The notes below the pieces were generated by a model. It saw nothing but the letters and a program-made list of their open reading frames with translations, was not told where the DNA came from and ran no database searches. Made by a program: the position numbers and the translations under genes. DNA of 63,588 bases, counting the filler. It is 7 parts of 7 records of this genome, joined end to end, with 100 filler letters (N's around TTAATTAATTAA, not from the genome) between each part and the next. Parts side by side here need not be neighbours in the genome. Positions count along the whole stretch, not along the records: positions 27,470 to 34,425 come from SRR31147125_6190; positions 34,526 to 42,467 come from SRR31147125_6235; 5 more parts are not named here. One strand, 5' to 3'. Positions 33,171 to 42,467 of the stretch are shown in pieces (position 1 is the first letter of the stretch; every line of letters starts with the position of its first letter).

Positions 33171-34213
33171 ATGGAAAAGATAAATATAACAGGCAAAACA
33201 ATAGACGAACTTGAAGCATTTGCAAAAGAGATCGGAGAGAAATCTTTTCGAGGGCGTCAACTATTCAATTGGATATACGTTAAAAAAGCGGCGCAATTTA
33301 CCGAAATGACAGATTTGTCAAAGGCGCTGCGTGAAAAGCTCCAAAACAGAGCTGATATCGGGTGTTTGCAGCTAGTAAAGAAAAATCCTCAGATGGCTCC
33401 TCATCGGCAAAATATATATTCCGATTACATGATGGCCATGTTATTGAAAGTGTTTATATTTCCGAATCAGGACGACGAACGCTATGCCTTTCATGCCAGG
33501 TTGGCTGTGCTTTAAAATGCGCATTTTGCGCTACCGGCCGTCTCGGATTGAAAAGAAATTTAAGCACAGGAGAAATTATCGATCAGGTTCTTTACATAGA
33601 GCGTGATATTGGGCATGAGTTAACAAATATCGTATTTATGGGAATGGGAGAACCTTTTAAAAATTATGATCATGTTATCAAAGCAGCGAACCTGATCAAG
33701 CATCCGGATGGTATTGCTATTGGCTACAGACGGATAGTTATATCAACAGCCGGAATCGTGCCGGCTATTTACCGTTTTGCGGATGAAGGACACCGTTTCA
33801 AGCTTGCAGTTTCATTACATTCGGCGGTGAATGAGGATCGGCAAAAGATTATGCCGATCAGTACAAAATATACCGTGGAAAAGCTTATCGAAGCGGTCAC
33901 ATATTACATTCAAAAATCGGGTCGTCGACCCACTTTTGAATATGTGATAATGGCTGGAGTGAATGATCGAATGCAAGATGCGGATGCGTTGCGAAAATTA
34001 GTCCGGGGGCTGGAATGTAAAGTGAACCTGATTCCGTACAATCCAACTGTGAGTGAATTTGATCGACCACGTCCTGAAAGTGTAGATCAATTTGCCAGAT
34101 GGCTTTTCCCGATTCGAGCGCCAGTTTCTGTTAGATGGAGTAAAGGCGTCGATATTGATGCTGCGTGTGGCCAATTAGCTGGCGACTATATGGAATCCGA
34201 AGCGATCTCCTGA
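33171..34213 (+). CDS. rlmN: 23S rRNA/tRNA m2A methyltransferase RlmN, frameshifted near 33378
   Basis: The N-terminal FRGRQLFNWIY ORF joins the second ORF carrying CLSCQVGCALKCAFCATG, FMGMGEP, SLH, NLIPYN and AACGQL. Confidence 0.92.
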
Positions 34214-34338
34214 TGTGTAGCCATAAAACGAAACCGGGCAAATTTAAAACGATTCGTATTTGTTATTATTCAAAAGTGAAAATCACTAAATAATGTCTGT
34301 TTTATATTACAAGATACTTTATACAGAAAGAGTATAGC

Positions 34339-34425
34339 ATGGATAGAAAACCCATAATTGGGATTATGGGAGGAGCACGAGTATCGCCGGAAATCGTTGA
34401 TATGGCATATGAAATGGGTGCTCTT
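34339..34425 (+). CDS. Start of a LOG/TIGR00725-like protein, 3'-truncated
   Basis: MDRKPIIGIMGGARVSPEIVDMAYEMGAL runs into the linker. Confidence 0.55.
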
Positions 34426-34525
34426 NNNNNNNNNNNNNNNNNNNNNNNNNNNNNNNNNNNNNNNNNNNNTTAATTAATTAANNNNNNNNNNNNNNNNNNN
34501 NNNNNNNNNNNNNNNNNNNNNNNNN
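34426..34525. other. Artificial contig linker
   Basis: N-run/TTAATTAATTAA/N-run. Confidence 0.98.
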
Positions 34526-35151
34526 CCCTTTCCCTTAATATTTTCTTTTTTTGGATTTATTTGTGTTGAAATGTTGTCCCAAATAACAGAGTAGTCATTT
34601 GTTTCAAAATTTTTAGTAATTTCAATTCTAATGCCATCAATAAATTCATGTTCTTGTGTTTCTGCTGATATATTAAGTAAAATAGCTTTTGGAATTACTG
34701 TTTTTGAGAAAACGTTTGGCTCAGTTGGTGCTGTTGTACTAAGCTCTACCTTATAATCAAAAGAATAGATTAAATCCTTCATTAACCCATTGTCTATGTT
34801 AGGAATTAGATCTCTAACCAAAAGTTCCCAAGGATATGGGAACCTTTTATTTTGTGCATCATAAAAACTTTTTCGATTTAGATTAAAAGAGAATTCAAAA
34901 GTAATTGGCTTTTCAATATTACAATTATGTATGGTGTTAGAAAATGTACCCAAATGTAATATTCTACCATTCAATAATAAGGTTTGTTCTAAATTCCTAC
35001 TTTCAAGAGTCTGCTTCCATAACAACAAACTATGAAGCAAAGAGCTCTTTCCACTACTATTAGTACCACAAAATAGCGTAATCGGTTTAAGTAATATTTC
35101 ATCTGTATCAACAAAAGCTTTAAAGTTTTTTAATCTCATTTTTGTTTGCAT
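34526..35151 (-). CDS. AAA/ABC-type ATPase (DUF3696/AAA_15-like), 3'-truncated
   Basis: LKNFKAF followed by PITLFCGTNSSGKSS (Walker A) and LLLWKQT. Confidence 0.8.
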
Positions 35152-35618
35152 AACAAATCCCTTTTTTACAGGTATGCAAAAATAAATATATTTTCAATAT
35201 ATTTATTTTGCTTTACTCTTTTTTGCAATTAATTTACCATTTGTTCGCAATAAAGAATTTTAATTGGTATTATTTTTTATCCTTATCAATACATGTTGAT
35301 CTTCGGATTTCTGATCTAAAACTCCTAAAGAAACAGTTCGTGAACTAATAAATGATAACAACTACTCAATAATTCATTAAAAGAAAAAAGAGAAATACTT
35401 TTTGTTCTTAATTATCATTAACTTCAAGACTCATCAATAATTATATCATGTAAAAAAATATCGAGACAGTAAATATTTATAATTCTCCCCTGGTTTGATG
35501 GTATAATTAGTTTTTTTCCAAGTTCTCTATGATCATTTCCTAAATAACATACTGAAAGTTTGAAGCAACATTTTTGAGCATTGAATCAAAAATTGTTAAA
35601 TACTTAAAAAACAGTATA

Positions 35619-36752
35619 TTACTCAATCTCAAAAGTTCTTATGAAACCTTCTCTTATATTATTATAATCATAAAGAGTCATAGGAAGATCCGCCTTCGAT
35701 AATCTTGCTCTTCCTATCTCAATAGCAACGGAAACTGGCACAGCTGGAAATAAATGAATTCGAGATTTATCACTATTAATATACTTTATTTCACTAAGAG
35801 CTTTTTTATAAGTAATCCGAAAATCGTCTAATTGACCTTTGGTCTGTATTGCCTCACTATGTGGCTCTTCTAAACAAATTCCCCATATCGGAACATCAGG
35901 GCCTAATATTTCTTTTACTTTACTTTCTTCAATTTTTTGTGATAAGGAAATAACTAAGGCAACATCTTTACACACTTGCTTGTCTCTAGTAAGTATATAT
36001 TTATAATCTTGTTGCAGTGGCTTTCTCTTCCAATTCCAATTTGGAGGAGATCGATGTAGTTGATAGAGTTCTGCTGTCGGAATATCAGTTAACAAATAAC
36101 CAAGATAAATCAAAAGAGGTTGTGGGGCAAAACCAAAAATTGATAAATGGGGAACATTCCCATCTTTTAATTTGAATCTTAATTTTTGCTTATATAGAGC
36201 TTCAAGATTCTTCTTTTCAATTATCCAAAATTCTTCATTATCATCAGTAAAAGAGGAATTCTTAAGACTTAATTCAATTGCCTCAGTACTAGCTGGGTAG
36301 TAACCGTTCTCAGCTACTGCAAGTAGGGCTTTATCCATGCATAAGGAGGAACCTTGCATTCCTATATTGGCTCCATATAGCACAATATAGGTTTTCATAT
36401 TTTCTTTAATACCAGTAAGACATTCTATTCTATCCTCATGTTTTTTTTTATAATTTTGTAAAATTTCAACAGAATATTTATTTCTGTAGTCTCCATCAAT
36501 CAACCGATGATGTTGATCACAGAGTAACATCAGATTTTCATACTCTATTGCTTTTTCAGGAGAAAGAATATCATTTCCTCTTGGACCATTTGGGGAATCG
36601 GCAATAATGTGTCCTATATAAGATATATTATATTCATTTTTACTTAGCTCATCCCTGTATAAAATTTTATTACATCCAGGAAATTCACATCTTCCAGCAG
36701 TTTTAGCCCAAAGTCTCTTTTGGACTTTATCTGGTATATTTGATTTTGACAT
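35619..36752 (-). CDS. CBASS effector, HNH endonuclease-SAVED (Cap5-like)
   Basis: N-terminal GRCEFPGC..GHII..GPRG..NLMLLCDQHHRLID. C-terminal SAVED with FGFAPQPLLIYLG, LYQLHR, IHLFPAVPVS.AIEIG and LYDY. Confidence 0.9.
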   Translation of the reverse strand: MSKSNIPDKVQKRLWAKTAGRCEFPGCNKILYRDELSKNEYNISYIGHIIADSPNGPRGNDILSPEKAIEYENLMLLCDQHHRLIDGDYRNKYSVEILQNYKKKHEDRIECLTGIKENMKTYIVLYGANIGMQGSSLCMDKALLAVAENGYYPASTEAIELSLKNSSFTDDNEEFWIIEKKNLEALYKQKLRFKLKDGNVPHLSIFGFAPQPLLIYLGYLLTDIPTAELYQLHRSPPNWNWKRKPLQQDYKYILTRDKQVCKDVALVISLSQKIEESKVKEILGPDVPIWGICLEEPHSEAIQTKGQLDDFRITYKKALSEIKYINSDKSRIHLFPAVPVSVAIEIGRARLSKADLPMTLYDYNNIREGFIRTFEIE

Positions 36753-36763
36753 TTTGCCCTACT

Positions 36764-37351
36764 TTATCTTCTCTGAAAAATATTTAAGTGACATTTTTTA
36801 AATTTTTTTCCACTCCCACAAGGACAAGGATCGTTACGTTTTGCATCGTTCATTAAGTTTCTGATTTCCATCTCTTTTTCTATCAAGCCAAACTTATGCG
36901 AATACTCTCCCCATGGAGGTTTTTCCATAAATGTTACAAAATATGCCTGCCAAGCAAAGAATGAGACAACATATTCTAAAATGAATCGTTTAATAGTCAT
37001 GTTCTCAACTTCTCTTTTTGTAAAAATTCCAAGACAGCAAGTTATATCAGGATATATATGTAAATCCATTAAGTTAATTTGATTTTCCCACGCAAATTTT
37101 TGTATTTTCCCTCCGCTTTCAAATACCTTAGGTAATCCATTGGTATCTAAGTTGAAAAGCCTAATCTCTATCTCATAATATGCATGAAATACTTTTGGGT
37201 GTTTAGTATCATTTGGATTAAGTTGAAGTTTTTCTCCATCGTAAACTGCATAAAAAGACATCTCTCCAAGAATTTTTGTTTTATCCTGATTCATATAAAT
37301 ATCAGGGAAGTCCTTTTGAATCTCTTTGATGTCATTTTCAGATACTTTCAT
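36764..37351 (-). CDS. Prokaryotic E2 (Ub-conjugating-like) domain plus C-terminal SEC-C zinc motif; in frame with the CD-NTase in this sequence
   Basis: LPKVFESGGKI, HIYPDITCCLG (E2-like H...CL), PWGEYSH and RNDPCPCGSGKKFKKCH. It has its own ATG at 37351 with an upstream GGAG. Confidence 0.7.
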   Translation of the reverse strand: MKVSENDIKEIQKDFPDIYMNQDKTKILGEMSFYAVYDGEKLQLNPNDTKHPKVFHAYYEIEIRLFNLDTNGLPKVFESGGKIQKFAWENQINLMDLHIYPDITCCLGIFTKREVENMTIKRFILEYVVSFFAWQAYFVTFMEKPPWGEYSHKFGLIEKEMEIRNLMNDAKRNDPCPCGSGKKFKKCHLNIFQRR

Positions 37352-38299
37352 GCAATAATCAACTCCAGTAATATGGCTTTTTTGGCTTAATTTCATAACC
37401 ATAATTACCTTTTTTTCTTTTAACGTACCAAATTTTTCACCGAAAATCTTTCGCCATTTTCTAATGCTACTGTTGTGATCTTCATCAAAAAAAGCATCTT
37501 CAATCTTTCCATAATAGATTCTAATTTTGTCACGAAAATTGCTGTATTTTGTTTGATCCCAGTGTCGATTAAAGTTCTCTCCTGGCAATACAGGGTTAGT
37601 TATAATTGGCATCTCGGGATGATTTTGTAGAAACTTATTTAAAACTTGTGTGATATTAAGTAAAGAAGTTGGAATATCAACAAAATCCATCTTACTAAGA
37701 TCATCAACACATCTTCCAAGAAGTGTGGTAAGAAGAATAGACTTTACTGAAAAATTACCTTTGTGATCCCTCATGAACTTCATTAGTCTAGTCACTCTTT
37801 TTAGTTCCCCACCCGTACATGAAGTTTTATCACCTAACCACTGACGATATCCGGTACCATCCGTTCTTTCAAACCGATTCTCCTTTTGGTTACAAATAAA
37901 TATATCATCTCCTACTTCTATGCAGGGAACCAAATCTAAGTGAAAATCTCCTGCATAATCTAGAGTTATACACCGAGTTTTTCTTTTCACCATATGAGTA
38001 TAGTTTTGATTGCCTTTGAAAAAATCATATAAACCATTAATATAATCGACCGGATCCTTGTCATCATCTTTCACCAAATAAATAAGGATATCCGCATCAA
38101 ATTCATTATGCTCTTGTACTGGTTTAATTATTGTCTCCAATGCAAAGGAGCCTTGTTTTTCAACTTTTCTATAGCCAAAAAAACTGTCTTTAAGTAGGGA
38201 TTTGATAGAATTAATTTTCTCTTCCAAAATATTAATTCTTGATTGATTGAGATTGACCTCATTCATTAGAAATTGCTTAAAATCATTTATATGTTTCAT
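36764..38299 (-). CDS. cGAS/DncV-like nucleotidyltransferase (CD-NTase/SMODS); annotated as a 511-aa fusion with E2/SEC-C, or about 313 aa (37359-38299) in the -1 frame
   Basis: Motifs QGSFALETIIKP, EFDADIL, KTRCITLDY, FHLDLVP, RLMKFMRD, SILLTTL, NPVLPGENF and KWRKIFG. Confidence 0.9.
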   Translation of the reverse strand: MKHINDFKQFLMNEVNLNQSRINILEEKINSIKSLLKDSFFGYRKVEKQGSFALETIIKPVQEHNEFDADILIYLVKDDDKDPVDYINGLYDFFKGNQNYTHMVKRKTRCITLDYAGDFHLDLVPCIEVGDDIFICNQKENRFERTDGTGYRQWLGDKTSCTGGELKRVTRLMKFMRDHKGNFSVKSILLTTLLGRCVDDLSKMDFVDIPTSLLNITQVLNKFLQNHPEMPIITNPVLPGENFNRHWDQTKYSNFRDKIRIYYGKIEDAFFDEDHNSSIRKWRKIFGEKFGTLKEKKVIMVMKLSQKSHITGVDYCMKVSENDIKEIQKDFPDIYMNQDKTKILGEMSFYAVYDGEKLQLNPNDTKHPKVFHAYYEIEIRLFNLDTNGLPKVFESGGKIQKFAWENQINLMDLHIYPDITCCLGIFTKREVENMTIKRFILEYVVSFFAWQAYFVTFMEKPPWGEYSHKFGLIEKEMEIRNLMNDAKRNDPCPCGSGKKFKKCHLNIFQRR

Positions 38300-38389
38300 A
38301 GAACCTCCAATTTTTAAACATTTTGCATAATTACAAAACTATATTATATTCTTAATTTATACATATCCTAATATTTTTTATTCGATATT

Positions 38390-38418
38390 AATATATATAC
38401 AACTATTTTTAAAGTCAA
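38390..38418 (-). promoter_or_regulatory. Sigma70 promoter for the CBASS operon
   Basis: TTGACT-17 nt-TATATT on the minus strand; GGAGG RBS at 38304-38308. Confidence 0.6.
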
Positions 38419-38451
38419 CAAAATTTCTTATAAAATATAAAAAGTTTTTCT

Positions 38452-38479
38452 TTGCATGAATTTCGTTTTATGATATAAA
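38452..38479 (+). promoter_or_regulatory. Divergent promoter for the WYL regulator, possibly leaderless
   Basis: TTGCAT-16 nt-(TG.)TATAAA ends 5 nt before the ATG; no SD is visible. Confidence 0.45.
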
Positions 38480-38484
38480 GAATC

Positions 38485-39420
38485 ATGTCAAATGAGATAG
38501 AAATAAAACAATTGAAGCAAACTAAAAAAAAGCGACTTGAATTTATAGATTCCCGATTATTTTGGGAAGGAAGAATTAGTCGAAAAGATTTGACTGAATA
38601 TTTTCATATTTCTGTTCCACAAGCTACAAATGACATCAAATTTTATAGTGAATTATACCCAAAAAACATTTCTTATATCAAAAGCTTAAAAGAACATAGA
38701 GCCACAGAACAGTTTGTACCAAAATTGATAATACCAACTAGTGATGATTATCGTAAACAATTATTAGTGCATTCAGTAAATGTAGAAGAGGTTTTTTACT
38801 ATGGAAAATATCCAACATTTTATAATTTTCACAATATTAATCGTCCTGTAGAGGCCGATATCTTAAAGAAAATCATAAAAGCTATAAATAATAAGCAATC
38901 AATAAATATCACCTATCATTCCATGGATAATGGTGAATTAAATCGGTGGATATCACCACAAGCTTTAGTCTATGACGGGTATCGTCTTCATGTACGAGCA
39001 TATTGTTATAGAAGAATAGCTTTTCGTGATTTCAACCTAGGCAGGATTGTCTCTATTGGGTCTCATGCATTCGAATCTATAGTCGATTTTAGCTATGATT
39101 ACTTATGGGAAACATTTTTTGAAGCTATTATTAAGCCTCACCCAGAATTATTAGACCATCAAAAACTTTGTATTGAGAAAGAATATAAAATGAAAAATAG
39201 TCAGCGAGCTATACCCATCCGAGCAGCATCTCTCTATTACTTTTATAGAAAATATGGCTTTGATATAACAGACTATCAAAGCTCAGATACAATTTCAGCA
39301 AAAAAGCAACAAATTGTTCTTATAAATAAAGATGAAATAGATCTTAAAAGAGAACTCCTTGAGCAATTGAGTATTGCTAAACTTAAAGAAATAAATTACT
39401 CAGTTCCATTTGATAAATAG
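38485..39420 (+). CDS. CapW/BrxR-like wHTH-WYL-WCX transcriptional regulator
   Basis: RLEFIDSRLFWEGRISRKDL..F.IS.PQA..D, then Y.SM, RWISPQAL, HVRAYC and FRDFNLGRI. Divergent from the CD-NTase. Confidence 0.88.
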   Translation: MSNEIEIKQLKQTKKKRLEFIDSRLFWEGRISRKDLTEYFHISVPQATNDIKFYSELYPKNISYIKSLKEHRATEQFVPKLIIPTSDDYRKQLLVHSVNVEEVFYYGKYPTFYNFHNINRPVEADILKKIIKAINNKQSINITYHSMDNGELNRWISPQALVYDGYRLHVRAYCYRRIAFRDFNLGRIVSIGSHAFESIVDFSYDYLWETFFEAIIKPHPELLDHQKLCIEKEYKMKNSQRAIPIRAASLYYFYRKYGFDITDYQSSDTISAKKQQIVLINKDEIDLKRELLEQLSIAKLKEINYSVPFDK

Positions 39421-39549
39421 TTTTTCAAACAAAATATCAATATACTGTAGTAATTACTATTTTTTTATGTGTTTCTTAAATTTAATTTTTCTCTTCTCTA
39501 ATGAGATTATTACATAAAATACAGTTTATTAATTTCAATTATTATAATA

Positions 39550-40569
39550 TCAAACCCCACCAAACGCCTCCCGATAAGACCCCGGCGGAAGCCCCACTAT
39601 CTTCTTGAACACCCGGTTGAAGTAGTTGTAATCCCCAAACCCGACCGCCTGGAAAATCTGCTTAATCGGCATATCGGTCTCCCGCAGCAACCGCTGTCCC
39701 TCCTGAATCCTGACACTGTTCAGGTAGGTCGTGAAGTTGCTGCCGGTCACCTCTTTGAAAATCGAGCTGAAGTAGTTTGGGGAAAGATAGACCGCCCGCG
39801 CAACCTCGGAAAGAGAGAGGTTCTTGCGGTAATTCTTGCGAATGAACTCCTGAGCCCGCACAATCAGGCTGTTCTGCTGCTCCGTTGCGTTTGACGTGTT
39901 CCCTGACTGCAGCCCCGGATTGGCCAGACGAAAATCGACCTTATCCTGCAGAACCTTAATACTCAGCTGCTGCAGATCATTCTCGTATTTCAGGATCTCG
40001 CGCTCCTTCTTGTAAAGCTCCTCCTGCAGCGACAACTCATCCTCAACCGAAATAATATAGTTGGCCATCACGTTCAGCAGTCTGATACCCAGCAGGAAAT
40101 GCTCCTGGTCCAGCACCTTCACCTTGCGTAGACTCTGGATAAGCGCCTCCTGGTCCAGCTTAAGTGAACTCAGGTTCTCGTACAGATGCAGAAAATCATC
40201 CTTGGCCTGTTTCTGGGTAAAAATCTGACCCGTAAAAATAGCCCCGAGATAACGCCCCTTATAGAGCAGTGGAATAACGGCATTCGTCAGCCCCGCATGA
40301 CAGGTATAGATACAGTACTCCCCCGTCTCGCGCGCCCGCTGCAGCGCCTCCCGGTCACTCTTCAGACAGCGCACCAGCCCCTGCTTGTTGGACTGAATCG
40401 TCTCACAGTAGTAGTTTTTCTCATTTTTCGGATAAAAGTCGTACTCATCCTTGCCCGGATAGTGGAACGAGAGCGCAAGCCCCGTCGTCTTATAAAAAAT
40501 CTCCCGGATTTCATCCAGAATGGTCAGATCTTTCAGGGGATAGGTTGATGTCGATTCCTGCTCTTTCAT
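39550..40569 (-). CDS. PocR-sensor AraC family regulator
   Basis: PocR-like C..SD...Y.CHAGL...P...G....GQ; C-terminal AraC HTH (LSPNYFSSIFK, VGFGDYNYFNRVFKK). Confidence 0.9.
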   Translation of the reverse strand: MKEQESTSTYPLKDLTILDEIREIFYKTTGLALSFHYPGKDEYDFYPKNEKNYYCETIQSNKQGLVRCLKSDREALQRARETGEYCIYTCHAGLTNAVIPLLYKGRYLGAIFTGQIFTQKQAKDDFLHLYENLSSLKLDQEALIQSLRKVKVLDQEHFLLGIRLLNVMANYIISVEDELSLQEELYKKEREILKYENDLQQLSIKVLQDKVDFRLANPGLQSGNTSNATEQQNSLIVRAQEFIRKNYRKNLSLSEVARAVYLSPNYFSSIFKEVTGSNFTTYLNSVRIQEGQRLLRETDMPIKQIFQAVGFGDYNYFNRVFKKIVGLPPGSYREAFGGV

Positions 40570-40620
40570 ATCTCGATTCTACCCGATAACGTGCGTCCTG
40601 CAAAGAACGCGATGCTGGAA

Positions 40621-42429
40621 CTAGATAACACCTTCCGACCCGCTCAACTGCACCGTTTTCTTATCCACACCGCCGGGTGCGGCAGTATCATTACGGTAAA
40701 TCTGAACCTGCATGCCGGTCACATCACCCTTGGAACTGCTGAAACGATACTTCAGCCCACCGGAACCCGCTCCAGACCCGGTACCAGCATCAACCAGCTC
40801 CAGGCGACTCTGCATGCGCTGCTTCATGGCACTCATGGCATGGCTGAGGGGTACCTTGTCCAGAGTATAGCGCTCCATCAGGCGTTCGGTCTCCTGAAAC
40901 AGCTCCCTGATTTCACCGCTTCTTAAGCAGGCATAGCGCTGTTCGTGGGTTGCTCCCTCACCGTAGAAACCGGAATCCAGTCCACGTCGTAACTGGGCCG
41001 CCAGCGTGGCTGCCGATTCGGCAATCAGCGGTTCCCCATCATCAGTACCGGATTCACTCCAGAAGCAGGTATGGTTCCAGAGATAGTCGGTCTGCACCAC
41101 GTAATCGACCGTTTCCCGGTTCTTGTGGTCCAGAACACAATTGCAGACTATCATTCCCGGACACTCCGGTACTTCGGTAAAGACATACCCGGGATGGTCA
41201 AAGGGAGGTAACGGCGGTAATGGGTTCTTGACGGTGGGAACCTCAAACCAGGCCGCGTCGAAGGGCAGCAGATAGGTCAGAAACTCGATTCCTCTATCAC
41301 GATAGAACGGCAAAGCTCCGCTGCCGATCTCTCCGAAGTGGGGATGCGCCCAGGAGCTGTGCTTAATGCCCCAGTTTTTCTCGTACCAGTCCCAGCGCGC
41401 GAAACGCACCCGCAGTTCATCATCCCGCAACGGCCGCTGATCCAGATGGTTGAAACAGAAGGAGTCGTTGTAACGCAGCGCGTGGAAACCGATCTCCAGC
41501 ATGCCGTCGGACCAGCCCTGTTTCAACCGTTTGGCAGTTACATGAATATCCTCATGCGCCACTTCATCAATCGTATCGGTGAAGAGCGCGGTATAGGGCT
41601 TCCACCCATAATCATTCATAATATCGACATAACCGAAGTGGTCGTACGACCCCGAACAGTCATCAATCACCAGCCCGGCCATGGACGGCATACTCCAGGT
41701 CAGGAACGGCTTTCGGGCCGCCCAGACCATACTCTTCATGAACACATCATCCAACCCGCAGGCATGCCCAAGATTCTTCATATCATACAGATCGATGGCA
41801 AAGGGAAACAACACCAGTCGCCCGGCGCCGTTTTCGGCCGTAACCAGCAGGGAGTCGCCCTGTTCATTGCGTATAAGTGGTATATCAACCGGTGGTCTAT
41901 CAGCCGTCAGTTTGGCATACGGCATGGGAAGATCGCTCTTTACCGTCTCTCCCGCCTGACGTGTCCAGGTAATGAAATGCTCATTTGAATCGGTAATGAT
42001 CGATTGGAAAGACCCGGAAACAGCCGCGTCCTCCATGCTGAAAGGAGCCAGCCCCAGCAACGAGCGCAGCCAGCCGGGAATTGCATCCCCGGTTGGTTCA
42101 TAACAGATAATCCCAAGCCCCTCCTGAACCGCGTTCACGACACGACCGGAAAAATCTTCGGAAAACATCTCAAGTATCCCGCTCTGCGGCAGCAGCAGCG
42201 CCGCGCTCTGCAGCGCATCGTCGGAAGCCGCACCAGCCATCCAGTTGGGAGCCAGAACATCAACCTTGTAGGGAATACCGAAATGCGTCAGCGGCCTGAA
42301 CAATGTTTTATAGAGACTTTCAATCGCCGCGCGCGATCCGTCGCGCAGCAGCACCGTTATGGCACCGCGCCCTTCCGTTGAACCGTTCTGTACCGATTCG
42401 ACAATCGATGTCTGTTTCCTGGTTGTCAT
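40621..42429 (-). CDS. Hypothetical protein with an N-terminal GATase/trimerization-like region and a NodB/polysaccharide-deacetylase-like domain
   Basis: Long ORF with high-GC codon bias; VIDDCSG, EIGFHAL and HPHF are plausible metal ligands. Confidence 0.5.
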   Translation of the reverse strand: MTTRKQTSIVESVQNGSTEGRGAITVLLRDGSRAAIESLYKTLFRPLTHFGIPYKVDVLAPNWMAGAASDDALQSAALLLPQSGILEMFSEDFSGRVVNAVQEGLGIICYEPTGDAIPGWLRSLLGLAPFSMEDAAVSGSFQSIITDSNEHFITWTRQAGETVKSDLPMPYAKLTADRPPVDIPLIRNEQGDSLLVTAENGAGRLVLFPFAIDLYDMKNLGHACGLDDVFMKSMVWAARKPFLTWSMPSMAGLVIDDCSGSYDHFGYVDIMNDYGWKPYTALFTDTIDEVAHEDIHVTAKRLKQGWSDGMLEIGFHALRYNDSFCFNHLDQRPLRDDELRVRFARWDWYEKNWGIKHSSWAHPHFGEIGSGALPFYRDRGIEFLTYLLPFDAAWFEVPTVKNPLPPLPPFDHPGYVFTEVPECPGMIVCNCVLDHKNRETVDYVVQTDYLWNHTCFWSESGTDDGEPLIAESAATLAAQLRRGLDSGFYGEGATHEQRYACLRSGEIRELFQETERLMERYTLDKVPLSHAMSAMKQRMQSRLELVDAGTGSGAGSGGLKYRFSSSKGDVTGMQVQIYRNDTAAPGGVDKKTVQLSGSEGVI

Positions 42430-42467
42430 ACAGCTAATACCTCTTATTCCTGCCCGCCAAAAATTTC

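Noticed and set aside
36764-36850. SEC-C motif as evidence for secA
   Set aside because: No SecA ATPase domains are present; the knuckle is appended to the E2-like module.
40186-42381. Several 76-216 aa plus-strand ORFs
   Set aside because: They are antisense shadows of the high-GC minus-strand genes and have no recognisable motifs.
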